Below, piece after piece: positions 1 to 14,400 of a DNA stretch of 64,000 bases; the first letter of the stretch is position 1; the number at the start of each line of letters is the position of its first letter. The stretch is from Macrostomum hystrix (Eukaryota; Animalia; Platyhelminthes). The stretch lies in the NCBI GenBank assembly GCA_950097015.1, contig CATNEN010000012.1:496001-560000 (forward strand), in the 5' to 3' direction. Position numbers and translations under genes: made by a program. Under the pieces are notes generated by a model, which made no database searches, was not told the DNA's origin, and was given only the letters and a program-made list of their open reading frames with translations.

Positions 1-1660
1 GAAGGATCAGGGGTACAAAGGAAGGGATATAGTGAAGGATCAGGGGTAGAAAGGAAAGGATATAGTAAAGGATCAGGGGTAAAAAGGAAAGGATGTAGTG
101 AAGGATCAGGGGTACAAAGGAAGGGATATAGTGAAGGATCAGGGGTAGAAAGGAAAGGATATAGTGAAGGATCAGGGGTAGAAAGGAAGGGATGTAGTAA
201 AGGATCAGGGGTAAAAAGGAAAGGATATAGTGAAGGATCAGGGGTAGAAAGGAAAGGATATAGTGAAGGATCAGGGGTAGAAAGGAAGGGATGTAGTGAA
301 GGATCAGGGGTAGAAAGGAAAGGATATAGTGAAGGATCAGGGGTAGAAAGGAAGGGATGTAGTGAAGGATCAGGGGTAGAAAGGAAGGGATGTAGTGAAG
401 GATCAGGGGTAGAAAGGAAAGGATATAGTGAAGGATCAGGGGTAGAAAGGAAGGGATGTAGTGAAGGATCAGGGGTAGAAAGGAATGGATGTAGTGAAGG
501 ATCAGGGGTAGAAAGGAAAGGATGTAGTGAAGGATCAGGGGTAGAAAGGAAGGCATGTAGTGAAGGATCAGGGGTAGAAAGAAAAGAATGTAGTAAAGGA
601 TCAGGGGTAGAAAGGAAAGGATATAGTGAATGATCAGGGGTAGAAAGGAAAGGATGTAGTGAAGGATCAGGGGTAGAAAGGAAGGGGTGTACTGAAGGAT
701 CAGGGGTAGAAAGGAAAGGATGTTGTAAAGTATCTGGGGTAGAAAGGAAAGGATATAGTGAAGGATCAGGGGTAGAAAGGAAAGGATGTAGTGAAGAATC
801 TGGGGTAGAAAGGAAAGGATATAGTGAAGGATCAGGGGGAGAAAGGAAGGGATGTAGTGAAGGATCAGGGGTAGAAAGGAAGGGATGTAGTGAAGGATCA
901 GGGGTAGAAAGGAAGAGATGTAGTGAAGGATCAGGGGTAGAAAGGAAGGGATGTAGTGAAGGATCAGGGGTAGAAAGGAAGGGATGTAGTGAAGGATCAG
1001 GGGTAGAAAGGAAGGGATGTAGTGAAGGATCAGGGGTAGAAAGGAAGGGATGTAGTGAAGGATCAGGGGTAGAAAGAAAAGGATGTAGTGAAGGATCAGG
1101 GGTAGAAAGGAAGGGATGTAGTGAAGGATCAGGGGTAGAAAGGAAAGGATATAGTGAAGGATCAGGGGTAGAAAGGAAAGGATATAGTGAAGGATCAGGG
1201 GGAGAAAGGAAAGGATATAGTGAAGGATCAGGGGTAGAAAGGAAAGGATATAGTGAAGGATCAGGGGTAGAAAGGAAAGGATGTAGTGAAGGATCAGGGG
1301 TAGAAAGGAAAGGATATAGTGAAGGATCAGGGGTAGAAAGGAAGGGATGTAGTGAAGGATCAGGGGTAGAAAGGAAGGGATGTAGTGAAGGATCAGGGGT
1401 AGAAAGGAAAGGATGTAGTGAAGGATCAGGGGTAGAAAGGAAAGGATATAGTGAAGGATCAGGGGTAGAAAGGAAGGGATGTAGTGAAGGATCAGGGGTA
1501 GAAAGGAAGGGATGTAGTGAAGGATCAGGGGTAGAAAGGAAGGGATGTAGTAAAGGATCAGGGGTAGAAAGGAAGGGATGTAGTGAAGGATCAGGGGTAG
1601 AAAGGAAGGGATGTAGTAAAGCATCAGGGGTAGAAAGGGATGTAGTGAAGGATCAGGCCT
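1..1660. repeat. 33-bp minisatellite (GAAGGATCAGGGGTAGAAAGGAARGGATRTAGT), about 50 copies, runs off the window start
   Basis: Tandem units directly visible; purine-rich on the + strand. Confidence 0.97.
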
Positions 1661-4600
1661 AGAAAGTAAGGGATTCAGTGGAATCGAGAATTCATCAGTG
1701 AAAGGGTACTTAGAATGCATTCAGTGTTTAATAAGGATCAGGGGTAAATCTAAGCTGATAGATGCTATGATACGGCACGCCCGTATTTCAAGTGTGTTCC
1801 GTGTCATCCCTGTCATAGATCAGTGGCATCTTATTTGTGCATGGGCAAATCTTTATTTGTTTGCTCTTCAAAGTACAACGTGGACTGCCGATTGGTTAGA
1901 AATATATTTCAATAATTTTTTCTCTTCCTCAGTCAGGTCAGCTATTTGTCTAAAGTACACGGACAAATTAAGTACACGGGCTGCTATACATGAAGCCATA
2001 TCATATGATTAGGCACCACCTGACATATTAAGAAAATAAAAACATGCAGGTGAGTGACAGATGACGCAGAGGCGAAGACCAGATTATTCCGGAGTTCTAT
2101 ATGGCACCGCAGTATTCGCTCGTAAGCTCTAAGCAGCTCTATGCATGCAATCCATCAACAGTACACGCACGCGTGCGAAACAAAAAGCAGAGCAGGATGC
2201 ACTTTTATCAAGCTAAATGGAAGAGGAGTCAAATAGGAGGGAAATTATTAGCCTTTCTTGCTTTTTGAATGTACTTTTCAGGAGCATGCGAAACCTATAG
2301 CCTTAGCCAGGCAGTCAGGGTAGAGGGGTCAGAGAGACAGTGCAGTGCCCACAGTATTGACTGAAAGCTGCACTTCTAGCTTAGAAAAAACTAGTCAATG
2401 CTTTTTTATGAGAGCAGAGTGTGGATAGCATCTGTCAATAGCGAGTTCGGGTTGAGGTCCTCATTCGCTTGGAGTAAACGGGACGAGCAACGGAAGCGCC
2501 CAGAGTACAGGAAGCCAACCCGGGGATTAAAGAAGTCTTCATTATCCCTCCGCGCACGATCCCGCCTAATGATTTACTCGGGCATGTTGACTCAACCGAC
2601 TCAAATCTGGACTGGGGACTAAATACTCACACTTCCTCTATCTTCGCTCTATCCAGATGTTTCTCATATGGCATATCGAAATATCTACATACGAAAATTC
2701 GATACGAAATAATCGATCCAAATACGATCCAAAATAATCCGCAGAGATTATTAGCGTGAAATCTAAAGGTTTGCACTTTTGCAAATGTAATGACGGGGTT
2801 AAATAACTGCTATAGTCTAGATTTATTTATAACTTTACATAACTGTATATCTTTTGTACCATACCCAGCATGTACAATAATAGCCAATTTAATAAGACGC
2901 CTTCCATTGCAACACAAACCAGTTTTCATGGCCTTCTAGATATGGACTATACAATTAAGCACACTGCAAAGCAGTGAACGAATGCTAAATCTTATTTCGT
3001 ATGTAAAAGGTAAAAATATTTCGAGATAAATTTAGTTGAAATCGAATGGGCTTAATTGGCTAATAATAATTGAAAGAACACAAAAGCAAAATGGTTCTAT
3101 TTCCAAATGGGTTGATTAAAAACCTCAGCGAAGTGTATTTTCTATATAATTAAGACATCTATACTACTCATTCTTGCTAACGAGATGCTATTATGTGTTA
3201 TAAATACTTCGTTTCCGGCTTTATCTTGGCTATGCGTAAAACATAGCAGTTTTGCTATTATACTTACGCAACAGAAAAAACTGCTTCAAAGCACAATTAG
3301 TGAATTTTTCGACTTCAGTGACTTAGAAAATAACTATATAGTTACCAGAAGGGCGGAGAAATCTTACTAATGCTAGAAAATTGCAGAAAAGTCTTTGTTG
3401 TTAAGAGGTTTGGGTCTAAGACCCGCGGGTCAGCCCTGGGAGGGGCTCTTCCGCTGTAGAAAAGTCTTTACGGTAACTAAAAAACAAAAATGCGGTAAAT
3501 CACTACGTGCTAAATGTATGCTAAAACTCAATATATATCGATAGGAAATTGTAAGTATTTATAGGAGTAAGAAACATGCTTCAACTTTTCTTTCGACCTG
3601 ATCAGATTAAAGTTCTTAATTTGTACCAATTGATATTTCCAAGCATAACCCACTCAAGGGTTATTCTTCTTCTAGTGGTCCTTGAACCCACTGTCCCGAA
3701 AAATTTGAGCAAGCGCAAAATATTTTATTATCGCACTCACCAGTATTCAAACAAATGTTTGTTAAATTCAGAAAACTGCGCGCAATATCCGCATTTCATG
3801 GAACAAGAACGGATACTTCTTGTTAAATTTATAAACCTATGGCCCTTTTTATGTTTGTTTTTATTCCGAAAAGAAATAACTTGACAATTGAAAATCGACC
3901 AAAAATGGTTGATGTCTAGAGTTCATTTGATGCAGTCATTGAATTTATGATTAGTAGTGTCATTAATTGTGTTCCTTAGTTTTTTAGTTAGTTTATAAAA
4001 TAGTTATATATTTTCTATAGTCTCGCCATATTAAAAAAAACAAGCAACCTAGCCTGCAGCAAAGTATCTGGCGTAATAGGTGGAGAGGAGAGCTACTGTT
4101 GCAAGTCTGGAACAGTGTGGAAACGCTAAAGTTCTATGCCAACTGCTCGACTGTGTTTGTGTGTACTTGTAATTTTAAATGGTGCTTTAAACTAAGTATA
4201 ATATAATATTTATTCGCCACACCTTACAGGTAGCTTAAAGTAGTTAATAAATGATCCTAAATCTGCTTCATTAAAGATAAAATTCCACATATACCTATTC
4301 TGGATATACTGTACCCAATGTAACCTTACCCTAAGTTTTTTTCGCTTTTTTAAAATTAATATGTTTTCTTAACTTTTTTATTATAATTGATTTTAAACAA
4401 TGAACTGAATATTTAATTCTACTATTTGTCATTTTCATTAGGCTAACTTGCAGTTAGGCCTACACATTTACAATTGTAGGCTCGTAGCTAATATATATGT
4501 ATGGTATAAAAATTATTTTATTGCTTTTGCTTGTGGCACTTTTATTTTATTATATCAAATCAATATTGAATGCAAAGCAGGATTTGGCAAGGATTGTTGT

Positions 4601-5224
4601 AATAGTAAGATAGCTATGACTATGAGACTTGTATTATTATGTGGTCAGATAGTATATGTGTCATATGGCACTAAACTCATTTTTTGCTACCCAAGTGTTG
4701 GATTAAGCTTTTGATTATTTGTGGTGATTAGAGATAAAATTTTAAATGATTTTTAAAAAGCAGTGGGTAGATTTTGGTATACCTCTATATGATCATAAGC
4801 TATGAGCCTATGACCAATTTTATGTCTATAGCTAAATTTGGTTAATTTGAACATTCAGGCAAACACATCATAATCTTGACTTAAAACTCTGACTGCCTCT
4901 AAAGCAGCTAGGTTATAGGTTAGAATTTGTTTTGTTAGCTTAAAAATGGCATCCCTTGGTAAATATATGTAACACTAATAATCCTCAATATGTTATTTGG
5001 CAACTTTTACTTGTCATATCAGTAAAATGTTATTAGAATGATTATGACTATAAATAAATAACACTATAATAGCTATAATTTAACTTTTTAGAAAACCATA
5101 GCTAGTGTAATTTAAGCTACTTTCTTTAGTTAGGGCATACTAACTTTATAAAAAAAATCTATAAATTAAAAGGATCAAATTTTATGATTAAAATATGTTT
5201 AATTTGGCTTTAAGAAAATGAGCT

Positions 5225-5345
5225 GGCACATACTTTTGTGACCTGCCACTAGTGGGAGGCAATTTTACCCATTCTGCTGACTCCTGAGCACATATGCACA
5301 TAGATACCATATATATAGGCACTCACTCACAGGCTTGTGAATCTC
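5225..5345 (-). mobile_element. Degenerate 3' fragment of the tRNA-SINE family also found at 38267 and 42660
   Basis: GGCAATTTTACCCATTCTGCTGACTCCTGAGCACA... aligns by eye with GGCAATTCTGCCCATTTCGCTGACTCCTGAGCACA... near 42710. Confidence 0.7.
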
Positions 5346-5462
5346 TGCAGCGAAATTATTCTGGCCACATCACAAATTTGAAATCTGGGGCCTAGATGCT
5401 AGAGAAAGGTGCATTTAGTACCTATTTCGAGTTATTTAAAGTTAGAAGTAACTTTTTTTCAG

Positions 5463-8400
5463 TCGACACAGGCGCCAAGAAAGCAGTTGGAGTACTATCA
5501 CAGCCTAGTGCTGACGACAGTGCTAGCCAGACAGAATGACATCACTGGCCTCATACCGTCCACGCCTGGCACTGATCATGCTTATATTCGGGACAATACT
5601 TATGCGGCCATGTGCACCTGGGCGCTGGCACTCGCCTACAAGAAGGTGGCCGAAGAGGACGCTGATAGGGCCAGGCTGCGCGATTTGGAGGGCCGAACCA
5701 TTAAGTGCATGCGCAGCCTCCTGGCCTGCATGATGCGGCAGGCCGACAAGGTGCGACTGGGTACCCGCTGACCCTGCCAGACCCACACCTGTATTGCCTG
5801 CCCAACACATTGTCCACCAGACCCACACCTGTATTGTCTGCCCAACACTTTGTCCACCAGACACGCATTGTCTACCCAATGCACAGGCCACCAGACACGC
5901 ATAGTCCACCAGACACGCATTGTTCAACAGACACGCATAGTCCACCAGACACGCATTGTCCACCAGACACGCATTGTCCACCAGACACGCATTGTCCACC
6001 AGACACACACAGTCCACCAGACACGCATTGTCTTACAGACACACACAGTCCATCAGACACGCATTGTCTTACAGACACACACAGTCCATCAGACACGCAT
6101 TGTCTTACAGACACACACAGTCCACCAGACACGCATTGTCTACCCGACCCGCAGGTGGAGCGCTTCAAGCACACCAGGCAGCCCCTTGATGCTCTGCATT
6201 GTAAATTCTCGGCCGCGAATTTGACGCCAGTGACTGGCGACTCAAACTACGGCCACCTACAATTAGACGCTGTCTCGCTTTACCTGCTAACTCTGGCCCA
6301 GATGACAGCCTCAGGATTAGTGCTAATCTACACCTCGGAGGAGGTGGCATTCGTTCAGAATCTAGTGTTTTACATAGACTCGGCCTATATGGTGTGCGAC
6401 TTCGGTGTCTGGGAGCGCGGAGACAAGACTAACAATGGCCAGCCTGAGCTCAATTCAACTTCCATCGGTATGACTAAGGCTGCCCTCGAGGCCCTATCAG
6501 AGCTAGATCTGTACGGCAGCTCAGGCGGCTGCCGATCGTTTGTGCACGTCATGGCTGACGACTCGCAGAACTGTGCCGCCGTGCTCGAGACCATGCTGCC
6601 CAGGGAGAGCTGCTCAAAGGAGACCGACGCCGGCCTGCTGGCTGTCATCGGCTATCCGGCCTTCGCTGTTGACCGGGAGGAGGTCGTGTCCGGCACCCGG
6701 GCCTGCATAGACGATATGCTGCAGGGCAGGTGAGATTCTGACAATAGTGTTTGGTTTTTACTATCCTGCGAGTATGCCATCCCATGTCATCTCTTGTCAC
6801 CAATACCATCCCGCCTTGTCCTATCTCATCCCCATATAATCTCACATGATCTCATACATTCTACCCATCCTATCTCATCCTATTACGAGCTACATGTCAT
6901 GCTACCCATCCTATGCTATCTTATCCCATTCCATGCTATCCTATCCTATATCATATACCAATTCTATCCTCTTCTATCCTATCCCGTCCTATCCTATCCT
7001 GTTGTAATCCATCCTATCCATTTATATTCCACCCTTTACAAGTCAATTGGATAATTATCCCATCACATCCCATATAATCCGATCCTATTCTTTTTTCTTT
7101 ACTTTGACTTAGCTGCAGGGTGGTCCATGGACACAGCGGGGAGGCGAGGATCGCCCATACCGCTAACCCCTGTAGGCCCGCAGACAGGCGAGGGCGCAAT
7201 CCTATCCTTTTCAGTTCCATCCTGTCCGATCTTGTCTCATCTAATCTTTTTCCAACTCATTCGGATTCCCATCTTATCTAAAATCCCATCTTATTCCAGC
7301 TAACTCTCATGAAATCCCAAAATTTCATGCCATGTATCCCCCTCCACCACCAAATATCCCATTCCACCGTCAGATACGGCTATCGCCGCTTCCTTCGCGA
7401 CGGCTACCGCACCGCTGTGGAGGATGGCAGCCGGCTCTATTACGAGCCCTGGGAGCTGCGCCAGTTTGAGAATATCGAATGCGAATGGCCGCTGTTCATC
7501 TGCTACCAGCTGCTGGATGCCCAGTTCAGCGAGTCGGCCGAACGGGTTGAGAAATTCGCCGCCCTGCTCGACAAGCTGGCGCTGCTTAACTCCGAGGGCC
7601 TGCCGGTGATGCCGGAGTCCTACGCTGTGCCAGCCAGCCTCGTGCCAGCCGAGCGGGCCTCGCCGGGCAGCCAGAACCGGCAGCCGGTTGGCGCCCTGCC
7701 GCACCTGTGGACCCAGTCTCTGTACGTCATCTGCCAGCTACTGCGAGACAAGTTCCTCCGGCCGCAGGAGATTGATCCCATCGGGCGTAGGTTGGGCCTA
7801 GAGGCCAAGCCGGATTTGGTGGTGCAGGTGCGTTGCATGGGACGCTGAGGGAGCAGGGGAAAACCTCGCCTCTGCATTTCTAGACATATGGATTCAGGCA
7901 TAAAGTATATCTGATGACTGAATATCTTGTCTACTAGATCAAGTGCCATTCGAACATATAAGCACCTTAGATCTAGACTAGAGCCTATGGAACCTAAATA
8001 TTTGAACATCTAGAACCTAGAATCTCGATCTATAAACGTTTAGATCCTGGAACTTATGCAAATGAACATCTAGATCATTGAATGCATTTATTATATGCAA
8101 ACTTATCTAGACCTTAGAACCTTGATAAATGGATAACTACACCCTAGAACCTTGATAAATGGATAACTAGACCCTAGAATCTTGATATATGGATAACTAG
8201 ACCCTAGAATCTTGATATATGGATAACTAGACCCTAGAATCTTGATAAATGGATAACTACACCCTAGAACCTTGATAAATGGATAACTACACCCTAGAAC
8301 CTTGATAAATGGATAACTAGACCCTAGAATCTTGATATATGGATAACTAGACCCTAGAATCTTGATAAATGGATAACTAGACCCTAGAATCTTGATAAAT

Positions 8401-11400
8401 GGATAACTAGACCCTAGAATCTTGATAAATGGATAACTAGACCCTAGAATCTTGATAAATGGATAACTAGACCCTAGAATCTTGATAAATGGATAACTAG
8501 ACCCTAGAATCTTGATAAATGGATAACTAGACCCTAGAATCTTGATAAATGGATAACTAGACCCTAGAATCTTGATAAATGGATAACTAGACCCTAGAAT
8601 CTTGATATATGGATAACTAGACCCTAGAATCTTGATAAATGGATAACTAGACCCTAGAATCTTGATAAATGGATAACTAGACCCTAGAATCTTGATAAAT
8701 GGATAACTAGACCCTAGAATCTTGATATATGGATAACTAGACCCTAGAATCGTGATATATGGACTTCTAGACCTTGGCACATTGATAAATAGGCATCTAC
8801 ATCATAGAACCTTAATATGTGAACATCTTGACAAAACAGGTTATAATATTATAATCGCTTGATTCAAACTCAGGTGGTGGTGGTTGCCCAGGACGCTAAA
8901 ATTCGTCGCACCCTAGAGACGCGGTTCGGCCTGAAACAGGTGCAAGACTTTGCCGAGATGTACAGTGAGACTAGAATCCGCGTATTCCCAGCCAAGGTGT
9001 TGAGCCATTTGTATCGACACCTGGGCCGCTGTCCACAGCTCGGCCTCAGCGGCCGGCAATCCAGCGAAGTTGGCATCCTGGCCACTAGCAAGCTGTACAT
9101 TGTTGGGCAACGCACCGTGGCATTCACTCCGCAATTCCTCGATCATCATTCGTTCTATCTTAGCCTGGATTTGGACTTCCTGTTAGATATGCTGCGCACT
9201 GATGTCGCCTTCCTGCGGCGCACCTGGTCGGCTGTCGGCCGGCCGCTCTTTATCATACCCGTGTACCACTGGTACTTCAACCCGGACTCCGGCGACCAGA
9301 TGCCTTCACTGTACACTACCATCAAGAAGCTGCAGAGCGGATACATCAATGGCACCAGGTGAGTCTTACCAATCCTTACTCTGATCCCAATCCTTACTCT
9401 GATCCCAATCCTTACTCTGATCCCAATCCTTACTCTGATCCCAATCCTTACTCTGATCCCAATTCTTACTCTGATCCCAATCCTTACTCTGATCCCAATT
9501 CTTACTCTGATCCCAATCCTTACTCTGATCCCAATCCTTACTCTGATCCCAATCCTTACTCTGATCCCAATCCTTACTCTGATCCCAATCCTTACTCTGA
9601 TCCCAATCCTTACTCTGATCCCAATTCTTACTCTGATCCCAATCCTTACTCTGATCCCAATTCTTACTCTGATCCCAATCCTTACTCTGATCCCAATCCT
9701 TACTCTGATCCCAATCCTTACTCTGATCCCAATCCTTACTCTGATCCCAATCCTTACTCTGATCCCAATCCTTACTCTGATCCCAATCCTTACTCTGATC
9801 CCAATCCTTACTCTGATCCCAATCCTTACTCTGATCCCAATCCTTACTCTGATCCCAATTCTTTCTCTGATCCCAATCCTTACTCTGATCCCAATCCTTA
9901 CTCTGATCCCAATCCTTTCTCTGATCCCAATCCTTACTCTGATCCCAATCCTTACTCTGATCCCAATTCTTTCTCTGATCCCAATCCTTACTCTGATCCC
10001 AATCCTTACTCTGATCCCAATTCTTACTCTGATCCCAATCCTTACTCTGATCCCAATTCTTACTCTGATCCCAATCCTTACTCTGATCCCAATCCTTACT
10101 CTGATCCCAATCCTTACTCTGATCCCAATCCTTACTCTGATCCCAATCCTTACTCTGATCCCAATCCTTACTCTGATCCCAATCCTTACTCTGATCCCAA
10201 TTCTTTCTCTGATCCCAATCCTTACTCTGATCCCAATTCTTTCTCTGATCCCAATCCTTACTCTGATCCCAATCCTTACTCTGATCCCAATCCTTTCTCT
10301 GATCCCAATCCTTACTCTGATCCCAATTCTTTCTCTGATCCCAATCCTTACTCTGATCCCAATTCTTTCTCTGATCCCAATCCTTACTCTGATCCCAATC
10401 CTTACTCTGATCCCAATTCTTTCTCTGATCCCAATCCTTACTCTGATCCCAATCCTTACTCTGATCCCAATTCTTTCTCTGATTCCAATTCTTTCTCTGA
10501 TCCCAATTCTTTCTCTGATCCCAATTCTTTCTCTGATCCCAATCCTTACTCTGATCCCAATCCTTACTCTGATCCCAATCCTTACTCTGATCCCAATTCT
10601 TTCTCTGATCCCAATTCTTTCTCTGATCCCAATCCTTACTCTGATCCCAATCCTTTCTCTGATCCCAATCCTTACTCTGATCCCAATTCTTTCTCTGATC
10701 CCAATTCTTTCTCTGATCCCAATCCTTACTCTGATCCCAATTCTTTCTCTGATCCCAATCCTTACTCTGATCCCAATCCTTACTCTGATCCCAATTCTTT
10801 CTCTGATCCCAATCCTTACTCTGATCCCAATCCTTACTCTGATCCCAATTCTTTCTCTGATCCCAATTCTTTCTCTGATCCCAATTCTTTCTCTGATCCC
10901 AATCCTTACTCTGATCCCAATTCTTTCTCTGATCCCAATTCTTTCTCTGATCCCAATCCTTACTCTGATCCCAATCCTTTCTCTGATCCCAATCCTTACT
11001 CTGATCCCAATTCTTTCTCTGATCCCAATTCTTTCTCTGATCCCAATTCTTTCTCTGATCCCAATCCTTACTCTGATCCCAATTCTTTCTCTGATCCCAA
11101 TTCTTTCTCTGATCCCAATCCTTACTCTGATCCCAATTCTTTCTCTGATCCCAATTCTTTCTCTGATCCCAATTCTTTCTCTGATCCCAATTCTTTCTCT
11201 GATCCCAATCCTTACTCTGATCCCAATTCTTTCTCTGATCCCAATCCTTACTCTGATCCCAATTCTTTCTCTGATCCCATTCCTTACTCTGATCCCAATC
11301 CTTACTCTGATCCCAATTCTTTCTCTGATCCCAATCCTTTCTCTGATCCCAATCCTTACTCTGATCCCAATTCTTTCTCTGATCCCAATCCTTTCTCTGA

Positions 11401-14400
11401 TCCCAATTCTTTCTCTGATCCCAATCCTTTCTCTGATCCCAATTCTTTCTCTGATCCCAATCCTTACTCTGATCCCAATCCTTACTCTGATCCCAATCCT
11501 TACTCTGATCCCAATTCTTTCTCTGATCCCAATCCTTACTCTGATCCCAATCCTTACTCTGATCCCAATCCTTACTCTGATCCCAATTCTTTCTCTGATC
11601 CCAATCCTTGTGTGAAAAAGTCGCTAGCTGATAACATCGTTCTATGCCTTCAATTGCTGCATTTGATAAGCTTGAAAAACCAACCTTTCCTTTCTTTCCC
11701 CAGTACATTCGACTCTGAGGCTGTAAAAATGCAAACTAACTTTTACCTCTCTTTCCCTCTCTGCCGCAGGGTGACTCTCGGCAAGCTGTCAGACTTTGTG
11801 GACACCAGCTGTGTGACTAACATGACCTTCTTAGACAAGGGTCAGGGTGGTAAGTCTTCCAGGATCCATTCATGATATTGTAACATACCCGCGCGTACAC
11901 TGACTGATAGTATATGGAGAATTCTTCATCTCCTTGTCAGTGTTTCATAATTTATGTTTGGTGCCTAAAATACTCTACTAACAGTAGAGTAGTATGAAAA
12001 ATCAGAGTAAAATCACCAATGTTCCATTAAAAAACCAACCCACTACAGATGATCTACTGGCCAAAGCGAAGGCCGCCGCCAAAGTGCCGAAGCGCGGCCG
12101 CAGCCGCCTTGGTTCCGGAGCCTCCGCCACCTCAGCCATCGCCGCCGACGTGGCCGCACGCTATCTTGCTGGCGGGCGCAAAAAATCTGTTGTGCTCGGC
12201 AGCGGAGCTGCTCTAGATCTGTCCATGGTGGCTGCAGCGGCTTTGGCTTCAACGGCCGGCGACGCAGCCGAAGCCGACGGCGAAGGCGAACAGTCCGGCG
12301 ACGACGAAGGTGAGTCGCAGTGGCTGCTGGTTCATTAGTAAAGTTTTTGTTAACTAGAACATGAAATCCAGTCACTTTTCCATTGCCTGTGCAGTTGTCC
12401 GCTTCAAGGTTGGCTCGCCGGAGTCCTCAGGCCAGCAAGGTAAAAATAATAGGTGATATAGTTCTAGTTTAATCAATGCCTGATCACCCAGCTATCATTA
12501 TTCTGCTTCTATTAGGTCTTAGGCGACCCGCCCACATGTTATAAGTGAAAATAGGAAAAGCAATACTTTTCGTTCGACGCTTGTCGCTTTTGTCTTGTAA
12601 AAAATGTGGCAGCACGCAATGACGTAGGCACTTCATGCATATTGTGGTATTATTCCCATGTTATTTGTATTAGTTTTGCTTCATCTTTTTTTTGCTTTGG
12701 TTTCACCTATTTGTACTTTAAAGCAGTGCGCAGACATGATATCACTTTACTAAATTCCGTGAGTACAGTTGTCAGTCTTGCTGTATTTCAGTTTTTATGA
12801 CCTAATGGCTGAACATGCTTTCTAAGCAAAGCACTGCCGAATGTGCTTAAGTGTGTCGAATTACAAAAAAAATTGAACCTTGGTTCAAAAAGTTTTATCA
12901 TTCGTGTACCTTCTCACACCTATCCATCATGAGGATTGGGTCATAGCAGTGCCTTCTCACACCTATCCATCATGAGGATTGGGTCATAGCAGTGCCTTCT
13001 CACACCTATCCATCATGAGGATTGGGTCATAGCAGTACCTTCTCACACCTATCCATCATGAGGATTGGTTCATAGCAGTGCCTTCTCACACCTATCCGTC
13101 ATGAGGATTGGGTCATAGCAGTGCCTTCTCACATCTATCCGTCATGAGGATTGGGTCATAGCAGTGCCTTCTCACACCTATCCATCATGAGGATTGGGTC
13201 ATAGCAGTGCCTTCTCACACCTATCCATCATGAGGATTGGGTCATAGCAGTGCCTTCTCACACCTATCCATCATGAGGATTGGGTCATAGCAGTGCCTTC
13301 TCACACCTATCCATCATGAGGATTGGCTCATAGCAGTGCCTTCTCACACCCATTCGATCATGAGGTTTATACTATTTTTTTGGTTATTTCATCCGGGCCT
13401 TCGATGCAGTAAGCTAAGCGCATGCAAGCTATGCAATGGCTACTATTTACAGTAGAGCATTGTGCTGATTGCTGTCCAAGAATGCCATCCCATAGCTAGC
13501 CTGTCCGATCTCGTCCAGGACCTGCCAGTCGACCGTCGCGGCGGCGACGTAGCTCCGGTTTCGGCCTGCTAGGCATAGTGCCGAATCTGAACGAGATGAT
13601 TAACGAGGCTAGGCACTCGCAGAACGGCTCAGCAGGTATGCTTCACTGAGGTGCGACACCGTTTCTGCTTATTTCTTGATTGCACGGCTTGCTTTGGTTG
13701 ATTCCTGCTGATTAACACTTTCTAGTGCACTTTGTCACCGAGTATTTTGAATTATAACTAAACTGCTGATAAATATTGAGATGCAGACTAGATTGATTGA
13801 AATGGTTTTCACTTGCTTAAGTAGTTAGGGCTTACATATACGAGCGTAAATTAATGAGAACTGACCAAAATGGGTCTGAAGCAATGTTAGTTTACCTATA
13901 AGAAAGCTGGCTAAATGGATTTGGATATTTAGGGCCCTTAAGCATTTTTTTACATTTATTTTGACGATGTAGGCTTAGAGAAAATGTATTCATGAAAGGT
14001 AAGATGGGCTAAAGATAATATACATTCAGTAAAACTAGGGTTGATATAATGCACATTCGGTAAAGGAAAACTGGGTTAGAGATTATGCACATTCGGTAAA
14101 GGAAAACTGGGTCAGAGATCATGTACATTCGGTAAAACTAGGGTTGATATAATGCACATTCGGTAAAGGAAAACTGGGTCAGAGATCATGTACATTCGGT
14201 AAAACTAGGGTTGATATAATGCACATTCGGTAAAGGAAAACTGGGTCAGAGATCATGTACATTCGGTAAAACTAGGGTTGATATAATGCACATTCGGTAA
14301 AGGAAAACTGGGTCAGAGATCATGTACATTCGGTAAAGGAAAACTGGGTCAGAGATCATGTACATTCGGTAAAACTAGGGTTGATATAATGCACATTCGG

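Noticed and set aside
5705-6154. PPDTHC-repeat N-terminus of the 342-aa ORF
   Set aside because: It is an intron (404 nt, not a multiple of 3). The conserved ADK|VERFK junction skips it.
9359-11875. 838-aa (SDPNPY)n ORF and the 780-aa antisense (WDQSKD)n ORF
   Set aside because: Both are translations of an 18-bp intronic array bounded by a GTGAGT donor and a CAG acceptor. Retention in the PHKA frame hits TGA at the donor.
12516-12550. Extra micro-exon GTCTTAGGCGACCCGCCCACAT
   Set aside because: No donor giving a compatible phase without a stop.
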